Source: Thiohalomonadaceae bacterium | GTDB lineage: Bacteria; Pseudomonadota; Gammaproteobacteria; Thiohalomonadales; Thiohalomonadaceae | Direction of reading: 5' to 3' | Assembly: GCA_041547565.1 (NCBI GenBank) | Contig: JBFEUI010000001.1 | Coordinates: forward strand, 38 to 64,037 | DNA length: 64,000 nt | In this document: positions 11,711-24,043 of the stretch, in pieces | How the letters are laid out: each line of letters opens with the position of its first letter | Position numbering within the stretch: position 1 is the first letter of the stretch | Position numbers and translations under genes: made by a program | Notes under the pieces: model-generated | Databases searched by the model: none | What the model was told of the DNA's origin: nothing | Seen by the model: the letters and a program-made list of their open reading frames with translations, nothing else

Positions 11711-13075
11711 TTAATCATTGTCCTGTTTTTCACTTGGATTTGCAATGCCCGATCCGCTCCAATTGATCACAATGCCCGCTTCGTCCCCCTTGGCGCTGAA
11801 AGGCTCGCAGGTAAACAGGCCCGGCACAGCGGCCAGCTCACCATTCAGGTAGATAAGCGGCCAGCGTTCGCGCCACCACGGTGGCACACCGTACTCCTGA
11901 AACAATTTTTTCAACTGGTGGTGATGGCCGCGATGTGTCGGTACACAGCGCTCCCCTCCCTGGCGAAAACGCACCGTCACCGCCGCCTGCCGCCATGCAC
12001 GGGTAATAATCCCCTCCCCGGTCCGTGATGTGATACCGAGCGTGCCCAACCGGGCCGGCAGGTCAAATGCTCCCTCGCCCGACCATGCCAGGTCCCCCTC
12101 CGGCCTGTCCTCGGCAAGTGGCAACATGGCAAACAGGCGGTTGCGATAACGACGCACCTCTGCCCCACGCCACATCACCCTGGGCATGGCATCAACGGCT
12201 GCGGCCAGCACCTCCTGCTCAATCCGCAGCAGGTGGGCGGTATCGGGCAGCGGCAGGTCCAGAGCACGCAACCAGTAGCGCAACAGGTTACGCCGTCGCG
12301 CCGGTTCCAGCGCCTGCAGACGATCGACGGGCAGCTCGGCACGGAGGCTGCCGACCAGTGCATGCAGGTCCTGATGTGCAAGCTCATCGAGCAATTCGGC
12401 CGCCTCGGCAAAGTGTGTGGCACTGCGCGCCAGTACCGCCGATACCGCAGGCTTGCGCTGTTTGATGGCGGGGATCAGTTCATGACGCAGATAGTTGCGC
12501 TCAAGGCCGGTATCAAAATTACTCGGGTCATCGATCCACTCAAGCTGTTGCGCCCGGGCATAGGCGAGCAAGGCTTCACGACTGAAATCCAGCAGTGGGC
12601 GCAGCAGCAGCGCCCTGCCAAACGGCCTTTGCGGCGGCATGGCGGCCAGGCCGTGCGGACCCGCCCCGCGAAACAGCTGAATCAGCAGCGTTTCGGCCTG
12701 GTCGTCCCGATGATGGGCGGTGAGCAGCATGTCCTCCTCGTCCAGCTGTCCCTTGAGCGCCGCGTAGCGGGCACGTCTGGCCGCCGCCTCGGGGCTCTCG
12801 CCGGGCCGGTGGCGCGCATCGACCCGGCAGGTGGTCAGAGGCACTGAACGCGTTTCGCAGAATGCGGTGCAATGGGCCGACCACTGGCCCGAATCCGGGT
12901 GCAGACCATGATCCACATGAAGCGCCTCAAGCGGCGCACCCAGCCTATCGCCCAGCGAGACCAGGGCATGCAGCAGGACGCTGGAGTCCATCCCGCCGCT
13001 GAAGGCGATCCGGTAACGCCGGGGACGGGGATAGTCAGCGAGTATCTTGAGGAGGTGTTCGGGGGAGAAGGTCAT
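11711..13075 (-). CDS. tilS: tRNA(Ile)-lysidine synthase
   Basis: PP-loop IAFSGGMDSSVLLH. 454 aa. Confidence 0.9.
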   Translation of the reverse strand: MTFSPEHLLKILADYPRPRRYRIAFSGGMDSSVLLHALVSLGDRLGAPLEALHVDHGLHPDSGQWSAHCTAFCETRSVPLTTCRVDARHRPGESPEAAARRARYAALKGQLDEEDMLLTAHHRDDQAETLLIQLFRGAGPHGLAAMPPQRPFGRALLLRPLLDFSREALLAYARAQQLEWIDDPSNFDTGLERNYLRHELIPAIKQRKPAVSAVLARSATHFAEAAELLDELAHQDLHALVGSLRAELPVDRLQALEPARRRNLLRYWLRALDLPLPDTAHLLRIEQEVLAAAVDAMPRVMWRGAEVRRYRNRLFAMLPLAEDRPEGDLAWSGEGAFDLPARLGTLGITSRTGEGIITRAWRQAAVTVRFRQGGERCVPTHRGHHHQLKKLFQEYGVPPWWRERWPLIYLNGELAAVPGLFTCEPFSAKGDEAGIVINWSGSGIANPSEKQDND

Positions 13076-13078
13076 TTT

Positions 13079-13164
13079 GCGTAAAACGTGAAAGGTGAAA
13101 CGTAAAACGCCGGACCTGAGGAACTCCGCGGCCTTTCACGTTTCACGTCTTACGCTTCACGTCC
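13079..13164. repeat. Long imperfect hairpin with heptamer-periodic arms (CGTGAAA/CGTAAAA units)
   Basis: The left arm 13079-13110 holds (C/G)GT(A/G)AAA x4. The right arm 13132-13164 is its imperfect complement (22/29 paired by hand alignment). Fills the accA-tilS spacer. Confidence 0.7.
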
Positions 13165-13165
13165 G

Positions 13166-14122
13166 TCAGGATTCATAGTTTCCGAACGACATCAGTCGCT
13201 CGTAACGCTGCTCCAGCAGCTTGTCCACTGGCGTCTCGTCAAGGTGCTCGAGCATCTCCAGCAGGGCCTGCTTGAGATTAACCGCCATGGCATCGGCATC
13301 GCGGTGTGCACCGCCCAGCGGTTCGGGAATGATACGGTCAATCAGGTCCAGCTCCTTAAGCCTGTCGGAAGTAATGCCCAGGGCCTCGGCCGCATCGGCG
13401 GCCTTCTCAGCACTCTTCCACAGGATCGAGGCACACCCCTCCGGCGATATCACCGAGTAGGTGCCGTACTGCAGCATCATCACGCGATCGCCCACGCCGA
13501 TGGCCAGGGCACCGCCTGAACCGCCTTCACCGATCACCGTACAGACGATAGGCGTCTTGAGGCGTGACATCGCAAACAGGTTTCTGGCAATCGCCTCGCT
13601 CTGGCCACGTTCCTCGGCACCGACGCCGGGATAGGCGCCCGGTGTATCGATAAAGGTGAGGATCGGCAACTTGAAGCGCTCTGCCATCTGCATCAGCCGC
13701 AGTGCCTTGCGATAGCCTTCCGGGCGCGGCATACCGAAGTTGCGTTGCACTTTTTCCTTGGTATCGCGCCCTTTTTGTTGGCCGATCACCATCACGGGAC
13801 GCCCCTCCAGTCGCGCCAGTCCACCGACAATGGACTGGTCATCGGCAAAGGCACGATCACCGTGCAGCTCCTCAAAGTCCGTAAAGATGCGCTCGATGTA
13901 GTCCAGTGTATAGGGGCGCTGGGGGTGGCGGGCCAGCTGTGAAATCTGCCACGGATTCAGGCTGGAGAAGATCTGCTCGGTCAGGGTGCGGCTCTTTGCC
14001 TGCAGCCGGGAGATCTCCTCGCCGATGTTAATCTCGGCATCGTCACCGACATAGCGCAGCTCCTCGATCTTCGCCTCCAGCTCGGCAATGGGCTGTTCAA
14101 AATCAAGAAAATTCAGGTTCAT
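13166..14122 (-). CDS. accA: Acetyl-CoA carboxylase carboxyltransferase subunit alpha
   Basis: 318 aa. [19 protein letters not shown]-terminus and TPGAYPG motif. Confidence 0.96.
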   Translation of the reverse strand: MNLNFLDFEQPIAELEAKIEELRYVGDDAEINIGEEISRLQAKSRTLTEQIFSSLNPWQISQLARHPQRPYTLDYIERIFTDFEELHGDRAFADDQSIVGGLARLEGRPVMVIGQQKGRDTKEKVQRNFGMPRPEGYRKALRLMQMAERFKLPILTFIDTPGAYPGVGAEERGQSEAIARNLFAMSRLKTPIVCTVIGEGGSGGALAIGVGDRVMMLQYGTYSVISPEGCASILWKSAEKAADAAEALGITSDRLKELDLIDRIIPEPLGGAHRDADAMAVNLKQALLEMLEHLDETPVDKLLEQRYERLMSFGNYES

Positions 14123-14294
14123 ATCAATGGGTTAGAGTTTGTTTTAAAGGCATTGTCGTCAGCTTTTCCCCTATTCTACAGCAAAAAACGCCGACAGGAA
14201 GACGACTTGTTCAAAGTTTAATGATCGGCAAGGCAGGGTGTATAATCCGAATTCAGCCCGCAAACACCACACAAGCTAAACGACAGTCTCTCCC

Positions 14295-14821
14295 ATGTGC
14301 TTCGCTATCGGACCCTGCCACCCGCCCCAGAGGGGCAGACTGGGGCGCTACTGGTGGAAAATAAGCAGCAGCCCGCTACGCCTGCTCGGCCTGGGTTCGT
14401 CCATCCACATACTGTTACTCGCGCTGTTGCTGGCCCGCGCTGAATCTCTCCCCCTGACAACGCCCGGTTTCGCTCTGCTGCCGTTTGGCATCAGCACCCT
14501 GCTATGCACGGCCTTTTTGATGGAGTACCTGCCGACATGGTCCAGGCGCTCGCCTGTTCACCCGATGCGCTATACCACGGTGTTGCTGCTCATCTCCATC
14601 GGCTTGCTCTGGCAGGGATTGCTGCTTCTGTCCGGTGCTGGAATCTCGATTTTAGCCGTCACCCTGCTTGCCGCCGCATGGTTGCTCGTACTGCAGAATC
14701 TGCGTTACTACCTGTTCTGGATGCCGGCGTCCCATCGGTTGCGCGCCCGTATTGCCACTCTGTCGTGTTACCTGCCTCCTGCGCTGTTTGTACTGTCGCT
14801 GTTGAGTGTCGGGGTAAATCG

Positions 14822-14825
<4 letters not shown>
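14295..14825 (+). CDS. Hypothetical small membrane protein (about 4 predicted TM helices)
   Basis: The only sizeable ORF in the 700-nt accA-dnaE gap. Leu-rich hydrophobic segments. TATAAT at 14241-14246 upstream. Its stop overlaps the dnaE stop (TTAA 14822-14825). Confidence 0.5.
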
Positions 14826-18307
<3,482 letters not shown>

Positions 18308-18355
18308 GGCAAGACGTTAACCAAGCTGCTGCGCCGTGACAAGACTTGACAGTTG

Positions 18356-18380
18356 AAAAGCCCGGTGCAGTGACCCGGGC
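18356..18380 (-). terminator. Intrinsic terminator after the AAA+ ATPase gene
   Basis: Minus strand reads GCCCGGG-TCACTGCA-CCGGGC followed by TTTT, 5 nt after the stop codon. Confidence 0.65.
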
Positions 18381-18384
18381 CTGG

Positions 18385-19791
18385 CTACATTTCAACGAAG
18401 TAGTTCTCCCACGCCGCGGCCAGCGTCTCCCGCGACATGACGGGGGGATAGCCCCTGTAGTGAGCGTCATCGATGATGTGGTCGACGATATCCCGCGGAT
18501 GGCAGGCGTTAAGTTTGACATCCAGCCGACGGTAGTAGTCATTGATCAGGTGGTCGAATATCTCCTTGTTGAAGTGGATGTCGTTAGACTCACACACCTT
18601 GCGGAATACCTGCTCGAACTCCTCCAGCGAGGGGTGGTCGATCAGGATCTTGTAGCGGATGCGGCGCAGGAAGGCCTCATCCACCAGTTTTTTCGGTTCG
18701 ATGTTGGTGGAGAAGATAATCAGCTGATCGAACGGGATCTGGAATTTCATCCCACTCTGCAAGGCCAAAAAATCGGTTCGGCGCTCCAGCGGCACGATCC
18801 AGCGATTGAGCAGTTGCTGCGGGTCCACCTGCTGGCGCCCGAAATCGTCCACGATAAACAGGCCGTTGTTGGCCTTCAATTGCAGCGGCGCCTCGTAGAA
18901 CCGGGCGATGGGATTGAACTCCAGATCCAGCATGCTGAGGTTCAGCTCCCCCCCGGCCATTACCACGGGACGGTGGATCAAGCGCCAGCGTCGATCCACA
19001 CCCTTCTCCTCCTCCCCGCGGACGGGCACATGGGTGACCGGATCGTAGAGGGTAATGATGTCATCACCCACGATGATCGCATGCGGGATATACACCCGAT
19101 CCGGGAACACCCGGCTAATGGCCTCGGCAATCGTGGTCTTGCCGTTGCCCGGAGGCCCGTAGAGGAAGATCGCCCGTCCGGAACTGACCGCCGGCCCCAG
19201 CTGGCGCAACAGCCGGTCACTGACGGTGAGCTGAGCAAACGCCTCGTTGATGTGCTCCTCACGCACGATAATGTTTTTTACCGTCTGAATCTCGACCATG
19301 CGCTGATACGCCTCCAGCGTCACCGGCGCCGGCCCGACATAGCGATTGATGGCGAGCTGTTCATTGGCGTGGGTCTTGCCGATATCGGTGATGCCGTATC
19401 GGTACGACATCGAGGTCAGGCCGCTGGAGCCCTTCACCTCAATCAAGCGCTCCTGGCGCAGTTCTTCAATCGACTGCTCCACAATCGAGGTGGGCAGGCA
19501 GAGCCGTTCGGCCACATCGGTCAACCCGAAGTCTCCCATCGAGATCAGGTGTTTGAGTACCAGGTGGTTGACAAAGCGCAGGGTGAGTCCCGACTCCTCG
19601 AGTGTCTGCGGGGCGGTCGGTGTCACGGAAAACAGCGCATCAAGCTCATCCTCCGTGATATAGCCCAGCGCAACGAGGTTCTTGCCCAGTCGTCCGCCAT
19701 GCAGTCGCTGGCGTTCCAGCGCCTCCTGAATCTGCGCATCGGTCAGCTGCGCCTTTTCCTTGATACGGTCACCGAGCAACGTTTCCACCAC
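18385..19791 (-). CDS. AAA+ ATPase with an N-terminal GspE-N/MshEN-like domain (uncharacterised family)
   Basis: N-terminus LLGDRIKEKAQLTDAQIQEALERQ-RLHGG-RLGKNLVALGYITEDELDALF has two tandem 24-residue MshEN-type motifs with a 5-residue spacer. Walker A is GPPGNGKT, Walker B is LFIVDDFG, and sensor-1-like is IIFSTN. Confidence 0.85.
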   Translation of the reverse strand: MVETLLGDRIKEKAQLTDAQIQEALERQRLHGGRLGKNLVALGYITEDELDALFSVTPTAPQTLEESGLTLRFVNHLVLKHLISMGDFGLTDVAERLCLPTSIVEQSIEELRQERLIEVKGSSGLTSMSYRYGITDIGKTHANEQLAINRYVGPAPVTLEAYQRMVEIQTVKNIIVREEHINEAFAQLTVSDRLLRQLGPAVSSGRAIFLYGPPGNGKTTIAEAISRVFPDRVYIPHAIIVGDDIITLYDPVTHVPVRGEEEKGVDRRWRLIHRPVVMAGGELNLSMLDLEFNPIARFYEAPLQLKANNGLFIVDDFGRQQVDPQQLLNRWIVPLERRTDFLALQSGMKFQIPFDQLIIFSTNIEPKKLVDEAFLRRIRYKILIDHPSLEEFEQVFRKVCESNDIHFNKEIFDHLINDYYRRLDVKLNACHPRDIVDHIIDDAHYRGYPPVMSRETLAAAWENYFVEM

Positions 19792-19927
19792 AGCACTCCT
19801 TTAGTGTTGGTCAAAGCCGTTGGCATCCCGCTTACCGCCAGGATGCCGGGGATACCTAAACCAATTAGACCACGGACCGGGGTACCGCAATGGGCAAACG
19901 CCCTTTTTGGTAATTTATCAGGGCGTG

Positions 19928-20533
19928 TCAGCGCGTTTCATCCAGCGCCTTTCTTACCGGGGCAAAGGAGCGCCGGTGTATCGGTGTCACGCCCAGTTCA
20001 GCCAGCGCCTGTACGTGGCTTCGCGTGGGATAGCCCTTGTGGCCGGCTAGCCCGTAGCCGGGGTAACGGCCATCCATCTCGACCATCTCCCTGTCGCGGG
20101 TCACCTTGGCCAGGATCGAGGCGGCGGCGATGGCCGCAACACGGCTGTCGCCCTTGACCACCGCCTCACTGGTGCAGGGCAGTTTCGGACAGCGATTGCC
20201 GTCAATCAGGGCATGCTCAGGCTGCGGTTGCAGGCCGGCCACGGCACGTTGCATGGCCAGCATGGTCGCCTGGAGGATATTCAGTTCATCGATCTCCTCG
20301 ACCTCTGCCCGGCCTATCGACCAGGCCAGGGCACGCTCCTTGATCACATCAAACAGTGCTTCACGCCGTTTTTCCGTCAGCTTCTTGGAATCGGCCAGCC
20401 CCTCGATGGGACGTTGTGGATCGAGAATCACCGCAGCGGTCACCACCGGTCCTGCCAGCGGTCCCCGGCCCACCTCATCGACACCGGCCACCAGGACGCC
20501 GGTGTGTGAAAAATCCAGATCAAACTGTTCCAT
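19928..20533 (-). CDS. rnhB: Ribonuclease HII
   Basis: [17 protein letters not shown] catalytic motif. Confidence 0.95.
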   Translation of the reverse strand: MEQFDLDFSHTGVLVAGVDEVGRGPLAGPVVTAAVILDPQRPIEGLADSKKLTEKRREALFDVIKERALAWSIGRAEVEEIDELNILQATMLAMQRAVAGLQPQPEHALIDGNRCPKLPCTSEAVVKGDSRVAAIAAASILAKVTRDREMVEMDGRYPGYGLAGHKGYPTRSHVQALAELGVTPIHRRSFAPVRKALDETR

Positions 20534-20656
20534 CTATCCTCGGTGCTTTCATTGATTTAGCCCTGACGAAGTGCGATCATGCGGGCTTGTTTAGACTATC
20601 ACGCGGCAAGAGCTGATCTTGCCCTAATACGAACCACAAATCATCCCGAAATACCC

Positions 20657-21592
20657 ATGGACAAGATCAGAACTGCCGTAATCGGTGTTGGCTATCTCGG
20701 CCGATTCCACGCCCAGAAATATGCCGCCCTCGACAATGCCGAGCTGGTAGCGGTCGTCGACAACAACACCGAGAATGCACAGCGCGTTGCCGAGGAGTGC
20801 GGCACTGAGGCGCTGGGTGACTACCGCGAGCTGTTTGGCAAGGTGGATGCCGTCAGTATCGTCGTCCCCACACAGCTCCATTACCAGGTTGCCAGGGAGT
20901 GCCTGGAGAACGGCATCCATGTGCTGCTGGAAAAACCGATGACGGTCACCGTCGCCGAGGCGGACGAACTTATCGACATCGCCGAGGTGAAGAATCTGGT
21001 GCTGCAGGTCGGCCACCTGGAGCGCTTCAACTCGGCGGTGCTGGCGCTTCAGGGGGTGCTGGAAACGCCACAGTTTATCGAGTCGCATCGCCTCGCCCCG
21101 TTCAATCCCCGCGGTGCCGACGTCAACGTGGTCCTCGACCTGATGATTCACGATATCGACATTATTCAAAACCTGGTGCGCTCACCCATCGCGCAGATCG
21201 ACGCCAACGGTGTCTCTGTGTTGACCGACGAGGTCGACATCGCCAACGCTCGCATCACCTTCGACAACGGCTGCGTGGCCAACGTTACCGCCAGCCGCGT
21301 GAGCATGAAACCGCAACGCAAGATGCGTCTGTTCCAGCCCGAGGCCTACATCTCCATCGATTTCCAGGACAAGATATTGAGTGTCCACCGCAAGGGCGAA
21401 AAGGAGATGTTCCCCGGTATCCCGGAGATAAAGTCCGAGGAGTCCATTTTCGACAACTCCGACGCCATCATGGCCGAGACCGAGGCCTTCCTCAAGGCAA
21501 TCAGTGAAGGCGGCACACCGCCGGTGACCGGACAGGACGGCCGTGATGCGCTCGCCACAGCCATCCGCATCAGCGAACTGTTTAACAAGTAG
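20657..21592 (+). CDS. Gfo/Idh/MocA family NAD-dependent oxidoreductase (candidate UDP-GlcNAc 3-dehydrogenase GnnA)
   Basis: Rossmann N-terminus MDKIRTAVIGVGYLGRFH and an EKP motif. Start at ATG 20657. Sits upstream of the aminotransferase and lpxB. Confidence 0.85.
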   Translation: MDKIRTAVIGVGYLGRFHAQKYAALDNAELVAVVDNNTENAQRVAEECGTEALGDYRELFGKVDAVSIVVPTQLHYQVARECLENGIHVLLEKPMTVTVAEADELIDIAEVKNLVLQVGHLERFNSAVLALQGVLETPQFIESHRLAPFNPRGADVNVVLDLMIHDIDIIQNLVRSPIAQIDANGVSVLTDEVDIANARITFDNGCVANVTASRVSMKPQRKMRLFQPEAYISIDFQDKILSVHRKGEKEMFPGIPEIKSEESIFDNSDAIMAETEAFLKAISEGGTPPVTGQDGRDALATAIRISELFNK

Positions 21593-21610
21593 ATTCAGGA
21601 GAACACAGCG

Positions 21611-22711
21611 ATGATCCCCATGGTGGACCTGAAGGGCCAGTACCACACCATTAAAGATGAAATCGACCAGGGCCTGCTGGAGGCGCTGGAAAACACCCAG
21701 TTCATCCTCGGCCCCAATGTGCGCGCCTTTGAAGAGGAAGCGGCCCGCTACCTGGGTGTCGAGCACACTGTCGGTGTTGCCTCCGGCACCGATGCCCTGC
21801 ACCTGGCGCTCATCGCTGCGGGGGTCAAGGCAGGCGATGAGGTCATCACCACCCCCTTCACCTTTATCGCCACGGCCGAGGCGATTCGCTACGTCGGTGC
21901 CACACCCGTGTTTGTCGACATCGATGCGCAGACCTTCAATATCGACCTGGCCCAGGCCGAAGCGGCCATCAACGAGAAGACCAGCGCCATCATCCCGGTG
22001 CACATCTTCGGCCAACCGGTCGACATGAACGCCGTAACAGCCATGGCCGAAAAACACGGCCTCAAGGTTGTCGAGGATTGCGCACAATCCTTCGGTGCCC
22101 ACATCAACGGCAGGCAGAGCGGCAGTTTCGGCGCAGCCGGCTGCTTCAGTTTCTTCCCCAGCAAAAACCTCGGTGGCTACGGCGACGGCGGCCTGATTGC
22201 CACCGACTCGGCCGAAGTGGCCGAGCACCTGCGGGTACTGCGCAACCACGGCAGCTGGAAACAGTACCATCACTCGGAGATCGGCTTTAATAGTCGCCTC
22301 GATGAACTACAGGCCATTATCCTGCGCGCCAAGCTCAAACGCATCGACAGCTACAACGACAACCGCCGCCGCGTGGCCCACCGCTACAGCGCAGCACTGG
22401 CCGAAATGCCCGGCATCACACCGCCCCACGAGGACAGCGTCGGCCATCACGTCTACCACCAGTACACCCTGCTGAGCGAAAACCGCGATGCAATCATGCA
22501 GGCACTGCGTGATAAGCAGATCGGCTGTGCGGTCTACTACCCCATCCCGCTGCACAAGCAGGAGGTGTTCGCCGCCGATTGTGCGGGGGTTTCACTGCCA
22601 GTCAGTGAAAAGGTCTCTGCCCAGTGCATGTCGCTGCCGATCTATCCCGAGCTGCAGGACGAGCAGGTGGACGAGATTCTGGAAGTGATAGCAAGTGCTA
22701 CTGGTGCTTGA
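21611..22711 (+). CDS. DegT/DnrJ/EryC1/StrS family PLP aminotransferase (candidate GnnB)
   Basis: 366 aa. Family-typical FSFFPSKNLGGYGDGG with the PLP lysine. 18 nt after the oxidoreductase. Confidence 0.88.
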   Translation: MIPMVDLKGQYHTIKDEIDQGLLEALENTQFILGPNVRAFEEEAARYLGVEHTVGVASGTDALHLALIAAGVKAGDEVITTPFTFIATAEAIRYVGATPVFVDIDAQTFNIDLAQAEAAINEKTSAIIPVHIFGQPVDMNAVTAMAEKHGLKVVEDCAQSFGAHINGRQSGSFGAAGCFSFFPSKNLGGYGDGGLIATDSAEVAEHLRVLRNHGSWKQYHHSEIGFNSRLDELQAIILRAKLKRIDSYNDNRRRVAHRYSAALAEMPGITPPHEDSVGHHVYHQYTLLSENRDAIMQALRDKQIGCAVYYPIPLHKQEVFAADCAGVSLPVSEKVSAQCMSLPIYPELQDEQVDEILEVIASATGA

Positions 22712-22712
22712 T

Positions 22713-22808
22713 GGTGAAGGGTGAAGGGTGAAGGGTGAAGAAAATTTTTCACCTTAAGCCGAATCTGGCAAGGCCTTCGCTTCACTCTTTACACCTCACG
22801 CTTCACTT
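22713..22808. repeat. Heptamer-array hairpin: 4 perfect tandem GGTGAAG plus a degenerate complementary arm
   Basis: 22713-22740 is (GGTGAAG)x4. The tip hairpin is GGTGAA-gaaaattt-TTCACC. The arm at 22774-22808 is the imperfect complement (units matching 6/7, 5/7, 5/7, 6/6). Confidence 0.75.
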
Positions 22809-22837
22809 AATGCGCACTGTCTCTCATTAAGTAATTA

Positions 22838-23995
22838 ATGACTTTAGAAGCCATCAATAGCGATACCAAACAGGTCCTCATCGTTGCCGGCGAGGCCTCC
22901 GGCGATCACCACGCCGGTCGTCTGGTAGAAGCGGTAAAACGGCAAAATCCCGCTATACACTTCGCCGGCATTGGCGGCGAGTACATGCGCCACGCGGGGG
23001 TCGAGATCCTGATCGATTCGGCAGAGATGGCCGTGGTCGGACTGGTCGAGGTACTGGCCCACTACCCGACCCTGCACGGGGCTCTGCAACGCATGCGCAG
23101 GGAACTGCATGAAAGGCGCCCCGACTTGCTCATTCTGGTCGACTACCCAGACTTCAACCTGCGCCTGGCCAAAACGGCAAAAGAGCTGGGTATCAAGGTG
23201 CTCTACTACATCAGCCCCCAGGTCTGGGCGTGGCGGCAAAAACGGGTCTACAAGATCAAACAGCTGGTCGACATGATGGCCGTGGTCTTCCCCTTTGAAG
23301 TGCCGTTCTATGAAAAGGCGGGCGTGCCGGTACGCTTTGTCGGCCACCCGCTGGTCGACGAGGTTAACAGTGATTTATCTCGCTCTGAGGCACTAGTGCA
23401 GTTCGGGCTCAATCCGGACAAGCCGGTGCTGGGCCTGTTCCCGGGCAGCCGCAGGAGCGAGATCAAACGCCTTTTGCCTGTCATCCTGCAAAGCGCCGCA
23501 CTAATCAAGCAGGCCGTGCCGGAGACGCAATTCCTTCTGCCACGCGCCTCTACCCTGTCCGAAGAGTTTCTCAGCCCCTACCTCGCTGACAGCGACGTCG
23601 ATATTACCCTCGTGGCAGGCAGACCCTACGATGTAATGCGCGGCTGCGACACCATCATCAGCGCCTCGGGCACAGCGACACTGGAGATAGCGCTGATGCA
23701 GGTGCCGCTGGTGGTAATCTACAAGATCGCCCCACTGAGTTACCGCATCATGTCACGGCTTATCAGGGTCGAGCACATTGCACTGTGCAATATCGTTGCC
23801 GGTGAGCGCATAGCCCCGGAACTCATCCAGCACGCAGCTACAGCATCGAACATCAGCAGCGAGGCGATGCGTCTGCTGCAGGACAAATCGCTAGCCGCTG
23901 CCATGCGTGAGAAGCAGTCAATGGTGCGCAGCAAACTCGGTGAGCGCGGCGCATCGGAGAAGATTGCTGAACTGACACTCGAGCTTCTTGCATAA
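22838..23995 (+). CDS. lpxB: Lipid-A-disaccharide synthase
   Basis: LIVAGEASGDHHAG N-terminus. 385 aa. Confidence 0.95.
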   Translation: MTLEAINSDTKQVLIVAGEASGDHHAGRLVEAVKRQNPAIHFAGIGGEYMRHAGVEILIDSAEMAVVGLVEVLAHYPTLHGALQRMRRELHERRPDLLILVDYPDFNLRLAKTAKELGIKVLYYISPQVWAWRQKRVYKIKQLVDMMAVVFPFEVPFYEKAGVPVRFVGHPLVDEVNSDLSRSEALVQFGLNPDKPVLGLFPGSRRSEIKRLLPVILQSAALIKQAVPETQFLLPRASTLSEEFLSPYLADSDVDITLVAGRPYDVMRGCDTIISASGTATLEIALMQVPLVVIYKIAPLSYRIMSRLIRVEHIALCNIVAGERIAPELIQHAATASNISSEAMRLLQDKSLAAAMREKQSMVRSKLGERGASEKIAELTLELLA

Positions 23996-24023
23996 AAAAG
24001 CCGGACTGAGTCCGGCTTTTTTA
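23994..24023. terminator. Bidirectional intrinsic terminator between convergent lpxB and lpxA
   Basis: AAAAAAGCCGGAC-TGA-GTCCGGCTTTTTT is a perfect palindrome flanked by an A-tract and a T-tract. Confidence 0.85.
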
Positions 24024-24043
24024 TGCAGCATCAGAACATGCTA

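Noticed and set aside
19792-19927. Hairpins in the spacer between rnhB and the AAA+ gene (GGCATCC...GGATGCC at about 19832-19857; GGGCAAACGCCC-TTTTT at about 19891-19907), considered as a regulatory RNA or sigma54 site
   Set aside because: No consensus promoter spacing could be matched. The T-tract orientation fits the plus strand, where no gene ends. The evidence is insufficient for a call.
18346-20157. 603-aa plus-strand ORF
   Set aside because: Antisense to the AAA+ ATPase gene and rnhB. No motifs and a shadow-ORF composition.
21182-22273. 363-aa minus-strand ORF
   Set aside because: Antisense to the oxidoreductase and aminotransferase genes, which carry clear family motifs. It is a shadow ORF.
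22713-22740. Tandem heptamers considered as a CRISPR or microsatellite locus
   Set aside because: The units are 7 nt with no spacers, so this is not CRISPR. The array is paired with a complementary arm, so it is better described as part of a hairpin repeat family.
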